Below are positions 59,139 through 64,000 of a stretch of DNA of 64,000 bases, in pieces. The first letter of the stretch is position 1; the number at the start of each line of letters is the position of its first letter. Origin of the DNA: Spirochaetia bacterium (GTDB taxonomy: Bacteria > Spirochaetota > Spirochaetia > SZUA-6 > Bin103); assembly GCA_965208575.1 (NCBI GenBank), contig CBDBOV010000004.1, positions 896,001-960,000 of the forward strand, read 5' to 3'. The position numbers and the translations under genes are program-made. The notes beneath the pieces were generated by a model. It was not told the origin of the DNA and did no database searches. It was given only the letters and a program-made list of their open reading frames with translations.

Positions 59139-60869
59139 CTACACTTGGGCGCTGACCTCCAGGAGATCGAAACAGCGCTGCTGCAGCGCGGTCGGTTCGC
59201 TGTGCATGGTGAACGTGGCGCCGCTATCCACTATCCGCACGCGGTTGGCCGTCAGCGTCCCCAACTCGCTCATCAGGCTGCGAAAGCTGTGCACCGGCAG
59301 ACCGTCGTCGGTACGCTTGCTCGCCGCCTTCCGGTGTGCGGCCGGTGAGCGTTCCGCCGGTTGCACCACCGACTCGCGCAGCGCCTCGCCGGCGGCGCGG
59401 TCGTGGTCGTCGAACAGCACCGGCGCCAGCTTCCTGCGCATGTGCCACTCCACGTAGTAGGCCAGCATGCACAGGAACACGTGCGCCCGCACCCGGTCTG
59501 CGCTGCGGTGATAGATCGGTCGCACCTTCAGATCCACCGTCTTCATGCTGCGGAACGCACGTTCCACCTTGGCCAGGTCCTTGTACGCCGTCACCGTCTG
59601 CTCGGCGTCGAACAGCTCCGGCTCCACGTTGGAGCGCACGATGTAGAGCCCGTCCAGTTCTTCCTCGGCCGCGATCTTGTCCAGATCACGCGCGAACGAG
59701 AACGAGTCGTCGGTGATGGTGGTGGTGAAATGCTTGCCCACCTTGTAGTGGTTGATCACCTTGCCCACCCGCAGGCCGATCGCGCCGGCGCCGCGCAGCG
59801 GCTCCTTGGCGCGCTGCGTGGCCGTCACGATCGGCGTCAGTTCCTCCTCCGTGGAGGCCAGCAACTTCTGCCTCTTGCGCTGCCGTTGCTCGGCCAGGAT
59901 CGGGTTGCGGCACACGATCAGCCGCTCGCCGGGGAACTCGGGTGAGCTGATCTCCGCCAGGTCACGCTCGTCGAACATGGTCTGCGCCACTTCGCCGGCC
60001 TCGATCAGCTTGCGGATGGTGGGCGCCCGCAGGGTCGTGATCCAGCGCAGGCCGTCGATCCCCTGCAGGTCCTCGCGGATGCGCGCGCCGGTGAGCATGC
60101 CGCGGTCGCCGACCAGCACGACGCGCTGCAAGCCGAAACGGTTGCGAATCTTGTCGACCTGAGCGGCGACCGTCTTGGGGTCACTGGTGGAGCCCTCGAA
60201 TACCTCGACGGCGATGGGACAGCCGTCTGCGGTACACAGCAGGCCGAACACGATCTGCAAGGTGCCGCGTTTGCCGTCGCGGCTGTGACCACGGCGCGCC
60301 AACGGGCAGGTGTGGCCATGGAAGTAACTGGAAGTCAGGTCGTACAACATGAGCGTGTTGTCATGCAGATGGCGCTTGGCCAAGCGCTGCTCGATGCCGT
60401 GCTGGCGAGCGAGCAGCCAATCCATGGCGGCATACAGCTCATTCTCGTCGACGGCTCCCAACTGCAGCAGGTGGCCGAGGGAGGAGACGGCGCTTTCGGG
60501 GTTCAGGCCGCGAGCGGTGGCGAGTTTGGAGCGAGCGTCGACGACGCGAGCGACGATCATGGCGACGACCAGGTCGCGTTCACGGGAGGCGGGACGAGCG
60601 ACGAGGGAATGGAGGGAGAGCTTGCGGAGGGAACCGAGGACGGCGGCGACGTGGCCGTGGGGATAGCTGCGCAAGATGGAGAGCAGTTCGTTGGGAGAGC
60701 GCAGAGCGATACCGCCGTTGAGGAGGACGCGCAAACCCTCGACGAGGTGATCGGGCCACTTGGAGAGGTTGGCGATGGTGCGTTTTTTGACCTTGCCGTG
60801 CTGGCGGAAGGACTCGCGGAGGAGGACGGCTGGGGGAGAGTTGCGGTTGGGGACGGTGTCGATGTACAT
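59139..60869 (-). CDS. IS1634-family DDE transposase
   Basis: YDLTSSYF, RGHSRDGK, VGDRGM, YKDLAKVERAFRSMK..L.VRPIYH...RVRAHVFLCMLAY. Confidence 0.93.
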   Translation of the reverse strand: MYIDTVPNRNSPPAVLLRESFRQHGKVKKRTIANLSKWPDHLVEGLRVLLNGGIALRSPNELLSILRSYPHGHVAAVLGSLRKLSLHSLVARPASRERDLVVAMIVARVVDARSKLATARGLNPESAVSSLGHLLQLGAVDENELYAAMDWLLARQHGIEQRLAKRHLHDNTLMLYDLTSSYFHGHTCPLARRGHSRDGKRGTLQIVFGLLCTADGCPIAVEVFEGSTSDPKTVAAQVDKIRNRFGLQRVVLVGDRGMLTGARIREDLQGIDGLRWITTLRAPTIRKLIEAGEVAQTMFDERDLAEISSPEFPGERLIVCRNPILAEQRQRKRQKLLASTEEELTPIVTATQRAKEPLRGAGAIGLRVGKVINHYKVGKHFTTTITDDSFSFARDLDKIAAEEELDGLYIVRSNVEPELFDAEQTVTAYKDLAKVERAFRSMKTVDLKVRPIYHRSADRVRAHVFLCMLAYYVEWHMRRKLAPVLFDDHDRAAGEALRESVVQPAERSPAAHRKAASKRTDDGLPVHSFRSLMSELGTLTANRVRIVDSGATFTMHSEPTALQQRCFDLLEVSAQV

Positions 60870-60887
60870 GGGCACCCTACGGAGGGA

Positions 60888-60917
60888 ATGGTAGATCATT
60901 TAATAATTACATGTCAA
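60888..60917 (-). promoter_or_regulatory. Transposase promoter
   Basis: Minus-strand TTGACA-N18-TACCAT in the AT-rich subterminal region. Confidence 0.6.
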
Positions 60918-61166
60918 CCAGATGAGAGAAAATTAACGCTGAACCACAGGACTATTTACATGGACACGATTTACACCCATGAACACGCTAATTCCTGTAA
61001 TAGGAAACAGTTACAAGAACGGCCTCTCAAACCTCGGTCTAGGTGGTCGACGTGAGCCCGCCGCCTCCGTAACCCGCGTGCCGGGGTTGCCGATCCGGCA
61101 TGACCCGACAAGCTGCGGCGCGCTATCATGGGGCCACCAATACGACAATCCGACAAGGAGTTCTGC

Positions 61167-61703
61167 ATGGGCAACGACAAGCTGAGGACCATTCCGGTGA
61201 AGGACACCGATGCGCCCGAATTCGCGGAGGTGGCGCGCAAGATTAGCTGGCCGGCGAAAGACGCTGATCGGCCGTCGCAGTTCTGGCCGGCGATGAGCGG
61301 GTTCAACATCGGCTCCGGCACCGACGTGGACATCTCCTACCTGGAGTCGACCCGCTCGGAGCCGTCCAACGGCTTCGACCGCCACCTCAACACCGAGGAG
61401 CTGTTCGTGTGCCTGGCGGGGGAGTACGTGATGCCGATGGCGCCGTGCCGCAGGCCGGACGACCCCGACGACGAGCCGCGCATCGAGGACCTGATCGCGT
61501 TCCGGGTGCGCGCCGGAGATGCCTACGTGCTGAAGCCGAACGTGTGGCACAACGGCGGCTGGCCGACCAGGGAGGCGGGCTCGATGCGCTACATCATGGT
61601 GCTGTCCGGGCACCGAGCCGGCGAGGGCCACCAGGGGCGCGTCGACCACATCATGAAGACCCTGCCGGACGACCAGCAGGTCATCCCGGAAGGGCTGGCA
61701 TAG
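61167..61703 (+). CDS. Ureidoglycolate-lyase-like cupin
   Basis: FDRHLNTEELF...GDAYVLKPNVWH; AAGGAG RBS. Confidence 0.7.
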   Translation: MGNDKLRTIPVKDTDAPEFAEVARKISWPAKDADRPSQFWPAMSGFNIGSGTDVDISYLESTRSEPSNGFDRHLNTEELFVCLAGEYVMPMAPCRRPDDPDDEPRIEDLIAFRVRAGDAYVLKPNVWHNGGWPTREAGSMRYIMVLSGHRAGEGHQGRVDHIMKTLPDDQQVIPEGLA

Positions 61704-61713
61704 CGCCGGCGCC

Positions 61714-62391
61714 ATGTCGACGGCACTGCCCGATACGGGCCACATCAAGGCGGCCGTGATCGTCGGCGGCCACGGCTACGACGTTCCCGGATTCAAGACG
61801 CTGTTCGACTCCCTGGAGGGGGTGGACTGGTACCTGCAGGACATCGACAACTGGGCCGGCTCGCCGGTGGCGGACCAGTACGACGTGTTCGTGTTCTACC
61901 ACATGGTGGCGTGGGGGGTGTGGAGCCTGCGCCCCGACATGGCCGAGCGCATCGACGAAGCCAACCGGCAGATCGGCACCACCGGCCAGGGCTGGTTCGT
62001 GTGGCACCACGCGCTGCTGTCGTATCCCGAGAGCGCCGCCTTCGACCGCGTGTGCAACTCGGTCGACCGCACGTTGAAGAAGCCGGGCCGGTTCACGCCG
62101 CGCATCGACATGAACGTGCACGTCGAGCACCCCGACCACCCGGTCACCGCCGGCGTGCAAGACTTCGCCATCTCCGGCGAAGGCTTCCTGCTGCCGGCAT
62201 GCGGCCCGGACAGCACCGTCCTGCTGACCCACGACCACGCCGGCAACATCCCCTCGCTGGCGTGGTGCCACGAGCTGGACCGCTCGCGCGTGCTGTGCTG
62301 GCAGTCGGGCCACGACGCCACCGAGTGGACCAACCCCGGCTTCAAGAGAGTGTTCCAGCAAGGCATCGAATGGCTGGCCCGCCGTCGATAG
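61714..62391 (+). CDS. ThuA-like domain protein
   Basis: GGHGYD, YDVFVFY, WHHA, DHPVTAG, GE, LAW, GHD. Confidence 0.8.
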   Translation: MSTALPDTGHIKAAVIVGGHGYDVPGFKTLFDSLEGVDWYLQDIDNWAGSPVADQYDVFVFYHMVAWGVWSLRPDMAERIDEANRQIGTTGQGWFVWHHALLSYPESAAFDRVCNSVDRTLKKPGRFTPRIDMNVHVEHPDHPVTAGVQDFAISGEGFLLPACGPDSTVLLTHDHAGNIPSLAWCHELDRSRVLCWQSGHDATEWTNPGFKRVFQQGIEWLARRR

Positions 62392-62404
62392 GATGCCCGG
62401 ACAC

Positions 62405-62657
62405 CGCGGTGCGCGTGTACGCCTGTGGCCCCAACTTCGAGCGCCTGGGGCGGGTGGCGGCGCTGGCCAAGCGCAGGGGAGCCAGCATCGCCCAGGTCGC
62501 CCTGGCGTTCCTGCTCACCGGCCCCCTGAACGTGTTCGCCCTCACCGGCCCGCGCTCCCCCGCCGAATTCGCCGATAACGCCGCCGCCCTGGACATCACC
62601 CTCACCGCCGCCGAACGCGCCTGGCTCGACCTGGAAACCGATAGCACTCCAGTGTAA
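62405..62657 (+). pseudogene. C-terminal fragment of an aldo/keto reductase
   Basis: NFERLGRV..LA..RGASIAQVALAFLL...GPRS..E..DN.AAL.I.LT..E.AWL; N-terminal part absent. Confidence 0.75.
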
Positions 62658-62668
62658 ACTGCTGGTCA

Positions 62669-62817
62669 GTGAAACTACTCAGCATAGACGCCACGAACTA
62701 CCGCAGCCTGCGTCATACGAGCGTCACCGTAGAAGACCTGACTCTCTTCATCGGAGCCAATGCTTCCGGAAAGAGTTCGATACTCGACGCACTTCGCTTC
62801 CTCAGCGAGGTGGTTAG
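62669..62817 (+). pseudogene. N-terminus of an SMC/AAA_21/OLD-type ATPase, interrupted by IS1380
   Basis: MKLLSIDATNYRSL...LTLFIGANASGKSSILDALRFL (Walker A), then IS sequence. Confidence 0.8.
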
Positions 62818-64000
62818 CCCGCATCGCTCACCAAGGGGATCGGCTGGCCGATTTGGTCCCGAGTTGAGGGCGCCGGAAGTGTGCAGAGAGCAAGGAGGGG
62901 CCGTGGGGCGGCGGTGCGAGCGTGGTTTTCGTGCCACGCGCCGCTGATCAGGTCGTAATGGTCAGTCACAGGCGCTGCAAGCTGCGGAATTGGACGCACC
63001 TCCCCCTGGTCAGACCTGCTGCAGTGAGTTTCGTGGCGCTGTGGCGGGGCTACCCAGGTGCGTCGCGCACAGGGGCCACGCACACGGGGGCAGCGCGCAG
63101 GGCGGTGAGCGCCTGTGCGAACAGCTCCTGCAACGGATATACCGATGACAACGAGATCCGTACCCTGCGCACCGACACCTTGATACGTCCCGCGAGCTTG
63201 ATCAGCCGCGCCCGGATGGTGTCGAAGCGCGCGTTGGCAAGCTCGGTTCCTTGCAGTCCCACGCGGCGCAGGATCGTCAACAGGATGCCGGCAAAGGCGG
63301 AGAAGTACAGCCGTATCTGATTGGCACGCATCGTCGCCGTCGAGGTACGGTCGGCGAACAGCCACAGTTGCTGCTCCTTGATGCGGTTCTCCATGTCACC
63401 ACGGGCGCAGTACAGCTCTTCGTAGAGGGCCTGCTTGGCAATCGTCTGCCGGTCGAGGCTGGTCACCACGAAGCGCGGATTGCCGCCGCCGGTGCCAGGC
63501 AGCCACTCCGCCTTGGCCACCACCCGGCGGCTTCGGCTCCACGAGTCCAGCGTTCGGTAGCGGAACTCCCGGAACCGTCGCGACGCCTTCCCGCTCGCCG
63601 CACTGCGGCGCCGCGACTTGCGCAGCGCCTTGGCGATGCGCCGCTGCAGGCGTGCGTTGCGCGCCAAGCCGAGCACATAATCGACGCCGTTGTCCTCGCA
63701 CCAAGCCATGATCGATTCGCGACAGAATCCCGAGTCACCGCGCACCAGAATCTTCGTCTCCGGCCAGCGTTGGCGGATCTGCGCCACTATCACTGTCAGT
63801 TCCTCCACCGCTCCGTCACTCGCGTCGCAGTCGGCGCGGCGCAGACGGCAGCGCAGCACATGCTCGCCACAGGTGATGTACAGCGGCAGATAACAGTAAT
63901 GGCCGTAGTAGCCATGGAAGAAGCGGCCTTCCTGGTTGCCGTGCAACCGGTCATCGGTCGCATCCAGATCCAGCACTACCTGTGCCGGCGGTCGCCGCTC
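62818..64000 (-). mobile_element. IS1380-family insertion sequence (partial, continues past the window)
   Basis: Terminus CCCGCATCGCTCAC at 62818, directly after TTAG; transposase on the minus strand. Confidence 0.8.
63050..64000 (-). CDS. IS1380-family transposase (5' end outside the window)
   Basis: LDLDATDD.LHG.QEGRFFHGYY..YCYLPL, VRGDSGF, YCARGDMENRIKE. Confidence 0.93.
   Translation of the reverse strand, partial: ERRPPAQVVLDLDATDDRLHGNQEGRFFHGYYGHYCYLPLYITCGEHVLRCRLRRADCDASDGAVEELTVIVAQIRQRWPETKILVRGDSGFCRESIMAWCEDNGVDYVLGLARNARLQRRIAKALRKSRRRSAASGKASRRFREFRYRTLDSWSRSRRVVAKAEWLPGTGGGNPRFVVTSLDRQTIAKQALYEELYCARGDMENRIKEQQLWLFADRTSTATMRANQIRLYFSAFAGILLTILRRVGLQGTELANARFDTIRARLIKLAGRIKVSVRRVRISLSSVYPLQELFAQALTALRAAPVCVAPVRDAPG

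Larger units (their letters stand above)
59056..61042 (-). mobile_element. IS1634-family insertion sequence
   Basis: Ends CTAGGCCGAAGTTCCAGAG and (rc) CTAGACCGAGGTTTGAGAG match at 15/19; CTAG at both ends; full-length transposase. Confidence 0.88.

Overview
Very GC-rich bacterial chromosomal window (roughly 70% GC by eye). The gene content (ankyrin lipoprotein, PhyH dioxygenase, sulfatase, Uma2, AAA_14/DUF4143, TA system, many transporters, Bdr/DUF1640-like repeat protein) resembles marine-invertebrate (sponge) symbionts, possibly a spirochaete; this is inference only. Left end (1.8-9.9 kb): after trkH comes a decayed defence island with RloB and DUF433 scraps, a type I R-M operon (hsdR fused to hsdS remnants, a Schlafen/AlbA gene, a frameshifted and truncated hsdM), a toxin-first RelE/Phd pair, and an AAA_14-wHTH-DUF4143 ATPase/nuclease preceded by five repeats phased at exactly 23 bp. 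Middle (10-56 kb): metabolic and transport genes, including an ABC-DUF1854-ABC operon, a MacAB/FtsX-type operon whose second ATPase ends in an AbrB-like domain, sugar-acid catabolic enzymes, coaE and hisI-hisG, two tandem repeats and many apparently leaderless genes. Right end (56-64 kb): a second decayed accessory zone with an oppF scrap, a second AAA_14/DUF4143 gene, a truncated NACHT-type protein, a complete IS1634 and a partial IS1380. No rRNA, tRNA or CRISPR array was seen. Family assignments come from motif recognition, not database searches.
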